A DNA stretch of 34,233 nt from a virus. The first letter of the stretch is position 1; the number at the start of each line of letters is the position of its first letter. The stretch covers positions 1-34,233 of the IMG/VR virus record IMGVR_UViG_3300025151_000010; one strand, 5' to 3'. Positions 6,218-13,264 of this stretch are shown in pieces. The notes below the pieces were generated by a model. It ran no database searches. It had not been told where the DNA came from and worked only from the letters and a program-made list of their open reading frames with translations. Made by a program: the position numbers and the translations under genes.

Positions 6218-7390
6218 TTATCGAATATGGTATACGCCGTAGTTGGGATTTGATTTCGTCATATAAACCGAATAGCGTAGGGCATCGATAAGGTGGTTGA
6301 AGGCATCTACGGGAGTGTTTAAGGTTTGCCCGTTTCGGTCTTGCTTCCATTTGTAGTTCCTCATTTCCTTTATGCCATTGTTCGAGCCTGGCGTCCAAAA
6401 TAATTTGTGCCTTCTTAGAATATCAATTCCAGCGTTAACCGAATCCTTGCCTTTTGATGCTGGGCGAATCTTGAATCCCCACCGCTTTAGTTCCTCAATT
6501 GATTTCGGTTCTGCCGAATCGGCATAAATGATTTGACCTTGTATGCCCATGTCCTTAAGCCGTGAGGCGATGTCTGAGTTCGTCATTCCTATTTCGTAGA
6601 GTAGTTCCTCGAAATACAAATTGTCGCCCTTAGAATACACCCCAACCAATGCAGTCGGGTCGTTGCTAAATCCCCAGTCCAATCCGTATGCCAGGAATTC
6701 GGCATCGTTGGGAATGTTGCTGGTTTGAAAAGTGAATATGACTGCCCTGGATTGTGCCCGTTCTCCAAGCCCGTAAATCTTCCAATAAACCTCGTCAGTT
6801 TGTTTAAGTTTTTCGATTTCCTGGCGTAACGATTCATCAAGGAAGGGATTGTCCAGGTAAGTAGTTATATCGAATCTACAATCTTCCCTGGGTATTACCT
6901 TATCATAAATCCAGTGGAATTCTTCCGACGGGTTGAAGTCCATTATTACCTTCTCGGTAGTACGGATATTCAATTGAAAGAAATCCTCGTAGGTTAATTC
7001 ATTGGCCTCGTTGATGAATACCAAATCCCTCTTACGCCCCCGTATCTTTTGGGGCTGGTCAAGGGAAATAAATTCAACCGTATTTCCAAAGAGTTCGTAT
7101 TCGTGGCTTGATTTGTTATGAGCGTCGGGAAAGTACAGACCTTTTTCAGTCAAGATGTTTACGAAGTCCCTCATTACCGAAGCACGAAGTGAAGGGAAAG
7201 TCTTACGGCATATTGTAACCGTTTTCCCCTGGTTGTTATGCCTTAAGGTGTACGAGAAAATAAGCCACAAAAGAATGTTGTAGGTTTTACCCGAACGAGT
7301 ACCCCCTTGTTGTACTACATACCTCTCCTCGCTTTGTTCCAGGTATTCAAATACAACATTTGACTTGAATGTTAATTCGTTTCCAATCAT
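6218..7390 (-). CDS. terL: terminase large subunit (390 aa, short PBSX/Terminase_3-like type)
   Basis: Walker A GGTRSGKT is present, followed by VFINEANE (Walker B-like). The C-terminal nuclease half has GLDWGFSNDPTA, IYADSAEP and DAFNHLIDALRY. There is an ATGA overlap with terS. Confidence 0.9.
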   Translation of the reverse strand: MIGNELTFKSNVVFEYLEQSEERYVVQQGGTRSGKTYNILLWLIFSYTLRHNNQGKTVTICRKTFPSLRASVMRDFVNILTEKGLYFPDAHNKSSHEYELFGNTVEFISLDQPQKIRGRKRDLVFINEANELTYEDFFQLNIRTTEKVIMDFNPSEEFHWIYDKVIPREDCRFDITTYLDNPFLDESLRQEIEKLKQTDEVYWKIYGLGERAQSRAVIFTFQTSNIPNDAEFLAYGLDWGFSNDPTALVGVYSKGDNLYFEELLYEIGMTNSDIASRLKDMGIQGQIIYADSAEPKSIEELKRWGFKIRPASKGKDSVNAGIDILRRHKLFWTPGSNNGIKEMRNYKWKQDRNGQTLNTPVDAFNHLIDALRYSVYMTKSNPNYGVYHIR

Positions 7391-7743
7391 TCATCTTTTC
7401 GCACTACCTCAACATTGACCTTCAATGGCATATTGTCTTGTCCCGTTATCTCCTGGCGTTCGACATACCCTCGGTGTTTGCCCTGGGTTTTAAGGGCGAA
7501 TATAATAGCCGTCATATTGCCCCCGTCAATACCTTGCATAAGTTTACCCTCAATGTAATCCAAGCGCATTTCTTTGATGTTGTCTACTTCCTTTGCAAAG
7601 TCGGGGTCATTACTTAACCAATCGTAATAAGTTGTCCTACCAATACCCACCTTTTTACACGAAGCCGTTACATTGCTTAAGGTCTTTTGGAGGGCATCAA
7701 GCATTGCTTTTTTATGGTGTTCGGTTTTGTTCGGTTTTGGCAT
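7387..7743 (-). CDS. terS: terminase small subunit (118 aa)
   Basis: N-terminal HTH (SCKKVGIGRTTYYDWLSNDPDFAKEV) is followed by a helical region (GNMTAIIFALKTQGKHRGY). It sits directly upstream of terL and is coupled to it. Confidence 0.75.
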   Translation of the reverse strand: MPKPNKTEHHKKAMLDALQKTLSNVTASCKKVGIGRTTYYDWLSNDPDFAKEVDNIKEMRLDYIEGKLMQGIDGGNMTAIIFALKTQGKHRGYVERQEITGQDNMPLKVNVEVVRKDE

Positions 7744-8567
7744 TACTTAATCAGTTGTAAAAATTCATTGCGAGCCTTCTCGTCTTCCTTAAAATATCCA
7801 ACCATCTTAGATGTGGTGGTGTAGGTGTCGTGCTTCTTTACCCCTCGCATACTCATACACATATGTTGTGCCTTTAATACAACGGCTACTCCCTTAGGCT
7901 GTAGTTCCTCCATCAATCGGTCTGCAATTTGCATTGTAATCCTTTCCTGGTTTTGTAGCCTACGAGAATAGGTTTCAAGGGTACGGGCTAACTTGCTCAA
8001 TCCAACGATTTTTCCATCGGGTATGTAGGCAATATGTCCCACCCCAAAGAAAGGGGCTATATGATGTTCGCAAAGGCTATGAAACGGAATGTTGGTTTGT
8101 ACTATCATCTCGTCCATTCCTTCCGAATCGAATACCGTGAAATTGAATTCGGGAGGCGATAAGAATTCACGCATAAATTTGAGGTAGCGTTTTGGTGTTT
8201 CCTTTAACCCTTCTCGTGTTGGGTCTTCGCCCAGGTATTGGAAGATTCGCACCATGTTATCTTCTACCTCCCCGTCTTCTTCTTTTTCCCAGGGGAATAC
8301 CAACCACTCGCCCTGGAGTTCCTTGCGTTTATCGAATAACGCTACGAATGGTTTTTCGGGAAATTCGGCTTTCCACTTAACTTCGGTTGCTCCCGAATCA
8401 ATTAGGTCGTCAATAATAACATCGGCAACGTGAGGATTCATAACGGCTTTTCCAGTTAGTGCGGCTGGGACGGCTCCTCCCCTGGGCACACCGTAGTATG
8501 TTACGTCCTTTGGCAAGGCATTAACTCTCTCGTAAACTTGTTCCCAGGTGATGTAGGTTTTTTTCAT
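7743..8567 (-). CDS. folE: fusion protein: N-terminal Gpt-like mini phosphoribosyltransferase domain + C-terminal GTP cyclohydrolase I (FolE), 274 aa
   Basis: The N-terminal part has YITWEQV, GVPRGGAVPAALTG, VIIDDLIDSGAT (PRPP loop) and EWLVFPWE, which match the blocks of xanthine-guanine PRTase. The C-terminal part has EGLKETPKRY, CEHHIAPFFGVGHIAYIP, GLSKLAR, QNQERIT and HMCMSMRGV, which are FolE signatures. Confidence 0.8.
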   Translation of the reverse strand: MKKTYITWEQVYERVNALPKDVTYYGVPRGGAVPAALTGKAVMNPHVADVIIDDLIDSGATEVKWKAEFPEKPFVALFDKRKELQGEWLVFPWEKEEDGEVEDNMVRIFQYLGEDPTREGLKETPKRYLKFMREFLSPPEFNFTVFDSEGMDEMIVQTNIPFHSLCEHHIAPFFGVGHIAYIPDGKIVGLSKLARTLETYSRRLQNQERITMQIADRLMEELQPKGVAVVLKAQHMCMSMRGVKKHDTYTTTSKMVGYFKEDEKARNEFLQLIK

Positions 8568-9296
8568 CTAAACTCCAGTTTTTTTATTCCAAATATCAAT
8601 GTGCAAACGGCTGGTGTATTTTAGTCGTTCACGTTTACAAATTTCTGCAACGGCTGGTGCGCTTTCCGATAGAAGATTCTTGTCCTCTCCACTCGGCATA
8701 AGCCATACTTGTTCCCTTTTAACGATAGGCAAGTAATCCACTCGTATTTCTTCCCATTCACTTTCAGTAGTTACAACGAATTTGAACATAGCATTCATTC
8801 GTGATACCGCTTTAATGACTTCGGGCTGGTAGGTTTGATTTCTTGTATTGCCCGAATTGGATAGTTTGGGACTAACATTCCATTGGTCGACTTCCCTAAA
8901 AAGGGCATCGCTTGGAAGTATCGTTCCGTTGGTTTCGATTTCAACGAATACCTCGGGGTTTATGAATTCACGAATGTATTGAATGAAATCTACCACCGCA
9001 TCTTGTTGCATTGTAGGTTCGCCCCCCGTAATAATTACATTCGCCCCGTCGTTGATTGCTTCCACGCATTCATCGTCAAGGATTTCTTCTACGGCTTTCG
9101 CCTGGGCATTCATCCATACTTCCAGGGTATCGCATCGGAAGGTTGCCCCGTTCATTAATTCCCCAGTAAACTGTGTACCCATACCTCCACACATAAGGTT
9201 ACAACCCCCCAGGCGCACAAATACGGCTGGAAATCCTGCGGTCTTACCCTCCCCTTGTATTGAGTAGAATACTTCGCTAATCGCTAACTTTCTCAT
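8568..9296 (-). CDS. queE: 7-carboxy-7-deazaguanine (CDG) synthase, radical-SAM QueE (242 aa)
   Basis: N-terminus EVFYSIQGEGKTAGFPAVFVRLGGCNLMC...FRCDT matches QueE, and IITGGEPT is also present. The Cys spacing reads CX3CX18C. Confidence 0.8.
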   Translation of the reverse strand: MRKLAISEVFYSIQGEGKTAGFPAVFVRLGGCNLMCGGMGTQFTGELMNGATFRCDTLEVWMNAQAKAVEEILDDECVEAINDGANVIITGGEPTMQQDAVVDFIQYIREFINPEVFVEIETNGTILPSDALFREVDQWNVSPKLSNSGNTRNQTYQPEVIKAVSRMNAMFKFVVTTESEWEEIRVDYLPIVKREQVWLMPSGEDKNLLSESAPAVAEICKRERLKYTSRLHIDIWNKKTGV

Positions 9297-9672
9297 AGGC
9301 TACTTTGCTGGATTTTGTTTCGGCCAGCGTTATCTTAGTTATGTTTATATGCTCACGAATGAGGTCGAATAGGTGCATAGCCATGTTCTCAGCACTCGTT
9401 TGAAATGGTAATGGAATGAACGGTTCATTGAGGTCGATAAGCGCTTGACACAACGGGTCTTCATCGTGTAGCAAAAAGTAGTGGTCAAACTGCTTAACAA
9501 TCGGTTCAACTATTTCATCGATGTCGCTAAACAAGACCGTCAAATCCCCGTCCATCTCCAAAGAAAATTCACACTCAACATCGTAAGTGTGCCCGTGTAT
9601 TCTACCGCACTTTACCCCCGCTTCTTTATTGCGGTGTGCGGCGTAAAAATGGTATACTTTAATTACTTTCAT
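9277..9672 (-). CDS. queD: 6-carboxy-5,6,7,8-tetrahydropterin synthase QueD (131 aa)
   Basis: Contains FYAAHR, CGRIHGHTYDVE, FDHYFLL, TSAENMA and LAETKSSKV, which are canonical QueD/PTPS T-fold blocks. Confidence 0.8.
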   Translation of the reverse strand: MKVIKVYHFYAAHRNKEAGVKCGRIHGHTYDVECEFSLEMDGDLTVLFSDIDEIVEPIVKQFDHYFLLHDEDPLCQALIDLNEPFIPLPFQTSAENMAMHLFDLIREHINITKITLAETKSSKVAYEKVSD

Positions 9673-10589
9673 TATTCTTGATTTCCGCCGTAGTAGGCAT
9701 ATTGTTTTTTCAATAGCATTCCAGCAAGTCCGTACTTGCCGTAATAGTCCAGGCGTTTAGGTGTAACCTCCATTTCAAAGTGCTGAAGAATGTTTTCCAC
9801 TTTCGTCCTGGTAAGCCCTTCAAGTTTGGCTTTATTAATGTCCCGATTCTTTACCTTGGTGGTTTTATCCCCGTGGTTGAATACCAGGCTACCCCACCGA
9901 TTAACTTGTTGCCAGGAAGTAGAATCCGCACTACTACAAAACGAGCATTGTTTTAGTAGGTTGTTTTCGGTACAACCCAGCAAGTGAATATCAATCGACG
10001 GCTTCTTATTCTTAATGTAGTTAGCCAGGCGAACAACATCTTCCTTGTAGGTCTTGCGATTTGTGATTCTTAATTCGGGTACGGATACGGCAATGTAATC
10101 GCTGAATTCAATTAATCGGTCAAGCCCTTTCTTTCCGTCCTCTTTATGAAAGACGTTTATTTGTCTTAGGTTCGTCATTTCACGCATTCGTTTGCGGAAT
10201 TCCCAGGCTTTTTCTACACCGAGGATTTTTTGACAGTCTACCTCAACGATTGTACCAGTATACCCCACCTCCTCGGTAAAGCCTACGAGTTCCTCTAACC
10301 ACCTTGTAACAAACTTTTCATCTCGCTCCCCAGCGTGTGCCCCAAACATCAAAGTAAATAACCCCGAATCCATTATTGTGTGCCTATGTGCGCTCGTCAA
10401 ATAACCAGGGCTTTGTGTGGTACAAGATTTCATCTTTAATGGCTTGATACCGAATTTGTGGGCGATGAAGGGAAACACGGTAAAGAGGGAGTACTTGATG
10501 TCCCCTATGTCGGTCAACGCCATCGCAAAATCCTGGTTCTCCAGTCCTGCGAAATGCACCTTGATGTTTTGTTGGTCGTTTACTATCAT
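9672..10589 (-). CDS. dpdA: DpdA-like DNA guanine transglycosylase (TGT superfamily), 305 aa
   Basis: IMDSGLFTLMFG matches the TGT DSGGFQ block, IHLLGCTENNLL matches LMGVG, and SSADSTSWQQ matches the catalytic-Asp block. There is no C-terminal tRNA-binding or Zn segment. The gene is embedded in the folE-queDE block. Confidence 0.65.
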   Translation of the reverse strand: MIVNDQQNIKVHFAGLENQDFAMALTDIGDIKYSLFTVFPFIAHKFGIKPLKMKSCTTQSPGYLTSAHRHTIMDSGLFTLMFGAHAGERDEKFVTRWLEELVGFTEEVGYTGTIVEVDCQKILGVEKAWEFRKRMREMTNLRQINVFHKEDGKKGLDRLIEFSDYIAVSVPELRITNRKTYKEDVVRLANYIKNKKPSIDIHLLGCTENNLLKQCSFCSSADSTSWQQVNRWGSLVFNHGDKTTKVKNRDINKAKLEGLTRTKVENILQHFEMEVTPKRLDYYGKYGLAGMLLKKQYAYYGGNQE

Positions 10590-10912
10590 CTTTCAACCCT
10601 TGCACCTCCCCTATTGTCTTCAAATACCTCAACCCAAACGGCATTAAATTCCTGGAGTAATTCCTTTGCAATCATTTCGCAAGACATACCCCAAAAGTGG
10701 CAAGGCGTTAAGTATTTTTTATGTAAATATCTTCGAATCTTGTCCTCCTGGATAAAGATTTCAATCTCTCGGTCATCGTGCCCCACTTCAAAGGCACAAC
10801 GAATACGAAATATGTGTCGGTGTTTGTACTTTAGAAATTCAACTTCGGGCAATGCCCCTTCCCATTGGTGGAAGCCGATAACATCTTGGTCGGTTATTAC
10901 GAGCGTCCTCAT
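10586..10912 (-). CDS. divergent QueD/PTPS-like T-fold paralogue (108 aa), function unknown
   Basis: It aligns by eye to the in-window QueD in three blocks: KHRHIFRIR vs HGHTYDVE, MSCEMIAKELL vs TSAENMAMHLF, and VFEDNRGGARV vs LAETKSSKVAY. It lacks the CxxxHGH Cys. It has ATGA overlaps with both neighbours. Confidence 0.5.
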   Translation of the reverse strand: MRTLVITDQDVIGFHQWEGALPEVEFLKYKHRHIFRIRCAFEVGHDDREIEIFIQEDKIRRYLHKKYLTPCHFWGMSCEMIAKELLQEFNAVWVEVFEDNRGGARVER

Positions 10913-11490
10913 TTTCCTAAGTAATCTTTAAGTAGTTTCCACACCGCCGCTTCATAGGATTCGGCTACGTGCAAAAGCCCTTCTTTTACCACTTCCAATT
11001 CTTCTTCCGTATAAGTGAGTACCAGGTTAGTCGCTGGTTCGATATCCTTAGCATCGTCCTCCTGGGGTTCATCAAAAAAGCCATCGAGGTCAACATCTTG
11101 CTCGGGCATCCATACATCTACCCCCATTTCTTTCAAAAAGCCAGGGTCGTATTCGTTAGCCAGGAGTTCCCAGTCGTATTCCCCCGAATGCACATTGTCC
11201 TTAATTACGAATCGGCGCATAGCCTTAGTATCTGCTACATTGCCAGGGACAATCATAACGGGTACCTCTTTCCACCCTAAATGTTGGTAGGCTCGGAAGC
11301 GTTGATTTCCCCCCTGGGCAACCATGTCCTCATCTACAATAATTGGACGGGCTTCACTCATCCATGAATCCTCCTCAATGCTTTTGACCAAGTTGGCGAA
11401 TTTCTCGTCCCGTATAACCCTGGGGTTGTTTGGGTTTGCTTTGACCTTTGAAATAGGTACGTATTCGACCTTAATTTTCGGCTTCTTCAT
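10909..11490 (-). CDS. ParB/Srx-like N-terminal domain protein (193 aa) with acidic C-terminal half
   Basis: VEYVPISKVKANPNNPRVIRD and GGNQRFRAY correspond to ParB box-type motifs (NPR, GxxRxxA). It is translationally coupled to the deazaguanine genes. Confidence 0.65.
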   Translation of the reverse strand: MKKPKIKVEYVPISKVKANPNNPRVIRDEKFANLVKSIEEDSWMSEARPIIVDEDMVAQGGNQRFRAYQHLGWKEVPVMIVPGNVADTKAMRRFVIKDNVHSGEYDWELLANEYDPGFLKEMGVDVWMPEQDVDLDGFFDEPQEDDAKDIEPATNLVLTYTEEELEVVKEGLLHVAESYEAAVWKLLKDYLGK

Positions 11491-11905
11491 ATGTATTGTA
11501 GACTTGATTTATTTCGGCAATGAATTCCTTCCAACGAACGGGCGCACAAGTACACGGTCTTGTATAGGGGTGTTGAAATAGCCTGGCGTGTAGCGTTGCA
11601 ATGAGGTCAAGTTCACTCTTTTGAAGTACCTCGCTATCCTTGTCCCGAAAGACAGTCCAGTTATTGTATTCATTTTCGGTCATACATAAGGGTTGTTTGT
11701 AAGGGAACAAGGCGTTCAGTTTTTCCTTGCGTTCATCACAACCGCAATCTTCCCCCGCAATAAATTTGACCAGGCTTTTAATCCCAGTCGCTTCCGTAAT
11801 TTTCTCCACGGTATCCCCTAATCCTTTCGCCTTGGGTTTTGCGCTTTTCTTCCTTGTACTGCTGGTATTCTTCTTCGCAGTTGTTTTTGATTTTTTCTCT
11901 GACAT
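11471..11905 (-). CDS. hypothetical Lys-rich / Cys-containing protein (144 aa)
   Basis: Basic N-terminus followed by GLGDTVEKITEATGIKSLVKFIAGEDCGCDERKEKLN. The first 128 nt overlap the sigma ORF out of frame. Confidence 0.6.
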   Translation of the reverse strand: MSEKKSKTTAKKNTSSTRKKSAKPKAKGLGDTVEKITEATGIKSLVKFIAGEDCGCDERKEKLNALFPYKQPLCMTENEYNNWTVFRDKDSEVLQKSELDLIATLHARLFQHPYTRPCTCAPVRWKEFIAEINQVYNTYEEAEN

Positions 11906-12362
11906 TTTTTAAGGTAATAAAGATTGATTTAGCACTAATGTTTGTTGCCCTTGCCAGGCTTCGTATCGAATGACCCTCCTCCAAATACACCTTCAAGAGT
12001 TTACGGTCATACCAATGTTGTTCTTCTAATTGCTTTTCTACGGCATTTAGAAGCGTTTTGAAGGCGTTTTCGTAATCGTTCTGTATACTGGCATCAAAAC
12101 TAAACGAAACGTCGTCTAAGGGCTTCTCTTTAGATTTGCGATGTAATGATGTAACCATATTCCCCAGGGCAGTAAAGATGTAGGCCGTGTTTAACTGGCC
12201 GTTGTATGTTAGTCGATTCAAATCGCCTTCCCTTTCCTGGATTGTATGCAATTTCATATACAAGTCTTGAACGATGTCCTCTTCAAAGCCCGACGGCGCA
12301 CCTAAGTAGACTGCAATCGCAATCCATTCGTCGTGCCGTTGTGCTATGTCGGTTAAGGTCAT
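11778..12362 (-). CDS. sigma-70 family, ECF-like RNA polymerase sigma factor (194 aa)
   Basis: The region-2-like block is EEDIVQDLYMKLH. The region-4 HTH is HSIRSLARATNISAKSIFITLKNVREKIK. The size is typical of group-4 sigmas. Confidence 0.7.
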   Translation of the reverse strand: MTLTDIAQRHDEWIAIAVYLGAPSGFEEDIVQDLYMKLHTIQEREGDLNRLTYNGQLNTAYIFTALGNMVTSLHRKSKEKPLDDVSFSFDASIQNDYENAFKTLLNAVEKQLEEQHWYDRKLLKVYLEEGHSIRSLARATNISAKSIFITLKNVREKIKNNCEEEYQQYKEEKRKTQGERIRGYRGENYGSDWD

Positions 12363-12380
12363 TCAAAGTATTTGTCTTTT

Positions 12381-12411
12381 CAAATATAAAACAAAATCCT
12401 AACTTGTCAAA
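12381..12411 (-). promoter_or_regulatory. canonical Bacteroidota-type promoter upstream of the sigma gene
   Basis: Minus strand reads TTTG-(19 nt)-TATATTTG, an exact match to -33 TTTG / -7 TAnnTTTG. It continues GAAAAGACAAATACTTTGA then ATG. Confidence 0.6.
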
Positions 12412-12749
12412 TACCACTGAATCTCCCTGGCGAATTCTAAGAAGCCACCGACCACCACATACCGATAGCCCTGGCTTTCAACCGCTTCCTCAAATGCCTT
12501 TTGATGTTTGGTCTGCCGTCCTTTGCCGTGTTTCATTTCAATACACAAGCCGTGGTACTCTCCCCTGGGAACAAGCAAAATCAAATCACTTACCCCAGGT
12601 AATAAGCCTTCACGCTTCATTCTAATGGCCGTTCCCCGATTTCTCATACCTCCATTCGGTACGCTAAAAAATACCCCAGCATAGCCAGGGTATTGAAGCC
12701 GAAACCACTTAACACATTCGGCTTGTAGGGCACTTTCAAGTTGCTTCAT
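12399..12749 (-). CDS. VRR-NUC domain nuclease (116 aa)
   Basis: PD-(D/E)xK core: PGVSDLILLV ... LCIEMKHGKGRQT. Size and layout are typical of VRR-NUC. Confidence 0.8.
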   Translation of the reverse strand: MKQLESALQAECVKWFRLQYPGYAGVFFSVPNGGMRNRGTAIRMKREGLLPGVSDLILLVPRGEYHGLCIEMKHGKGRQTKHQKAFEEAVESQGYRYVVVGGFLEFAREIQWYLTS

Positions 12750-12835
12750 TTTGCCTTGTTTTTACCCGTCCAATAAATCATTAACATACTAACGGTAATC
12801 GTCAGTATTACCACCATCCATTTGAATTCAATCAT
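12746..12835 (-). CDS. 29-aa single-pass membrane peptide, missing from the ORF track
   Basis: Read by hand: MIEFKWMVVILTITVSMLMIYWTGKNKAK. It exactly fills the gap between two genes, with a TAATG overlap upstream and an ATGA overlap downstream. Confidence 0.45.
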   Translation of the reverse strand: MIEFKWMVVILTITVSMLMIYWTGKNKAK

Positions 12836-13122
12836 TAGTACCCTAATTTCTTTTTCACTATACTTTGTTTAGCCTGGCGTTCCTGGTATTTCTCGCCCCT
12901 TAGTTCCTGGAATTCTTCCTGGAGTTTACGGCGTTGTCTTGTAATGGTATCCGCTGAGGTAAGTTTCCCCTGGGCATATTCTTGCAACAAGGTAAAGCCA
13001 GTCATTCGTGCTGGATTCTGTCCATCGCTGGAAAGTTCCCAAAACCAAACATTCGCCACTAACTTAAAATCGTCGTCCCGTAAGCCAGCGTTCTCTCTCA
13101 ATAGTTTTTCTACGTATTTCAT
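12835..13122 (-). CDS. hypothetical protein (95 aa)
   Basis: ORF in the early/replication block. Confidence 0.6.
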   Translation of the reverse strand: MKYVEKLLRENAGLRDDDFKLVANVWFWELSSDGQNPARMTGFTLLQEYAQGKLTSADTITRQRRKLQEEFQELRGEKYQERQAKQSIVKKKLGY

Positions 13123-13264
13123 CGTCCCTTCTTTTGATTAGTAATTTCGTTCTATCCGCCCAGTATTCGGCATCTTCTATGGTTTTACATTCGCCACAGT
13201 TTTGTGCTTCGAATGTGCCCACGGTCAAGGCATTACCGCATTCGCAAAAATCAAATCTTTCCAT
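13064..13264 (-). CDS. small zinc-ribbon-like protein (66 aa)
   Basis: MERFDFCECGN...NCGECKT has CxC...CxxC. Start chosen at 13264. The 3' end overlaps the next gene by 59 nt. Confidence 0.4.
   Translation of the reverse strand: MERFDFCECGNALTVGTFEAQNCGECKTIEDAEYWADRTKLLIKRRDDEIRRKTIERERWLTGRRF

Noticed and set aside
6589-6840. Minus-strand alternative-frame ORFs nested inside larger genes: 6589..6840, 6189..6398, 3509..3706, 10384..10671, 13382..13573, 13980..14168, 17298..17492, 21017..21199, 22327..22509, 29727..29954 and 30863..31066.
   Set aside because: They are fully contained in recognisable genes (terL, dpdA-like, fibre, protease and others) in another frame. Their composition is poor and their starts are not coupled to neighbours.
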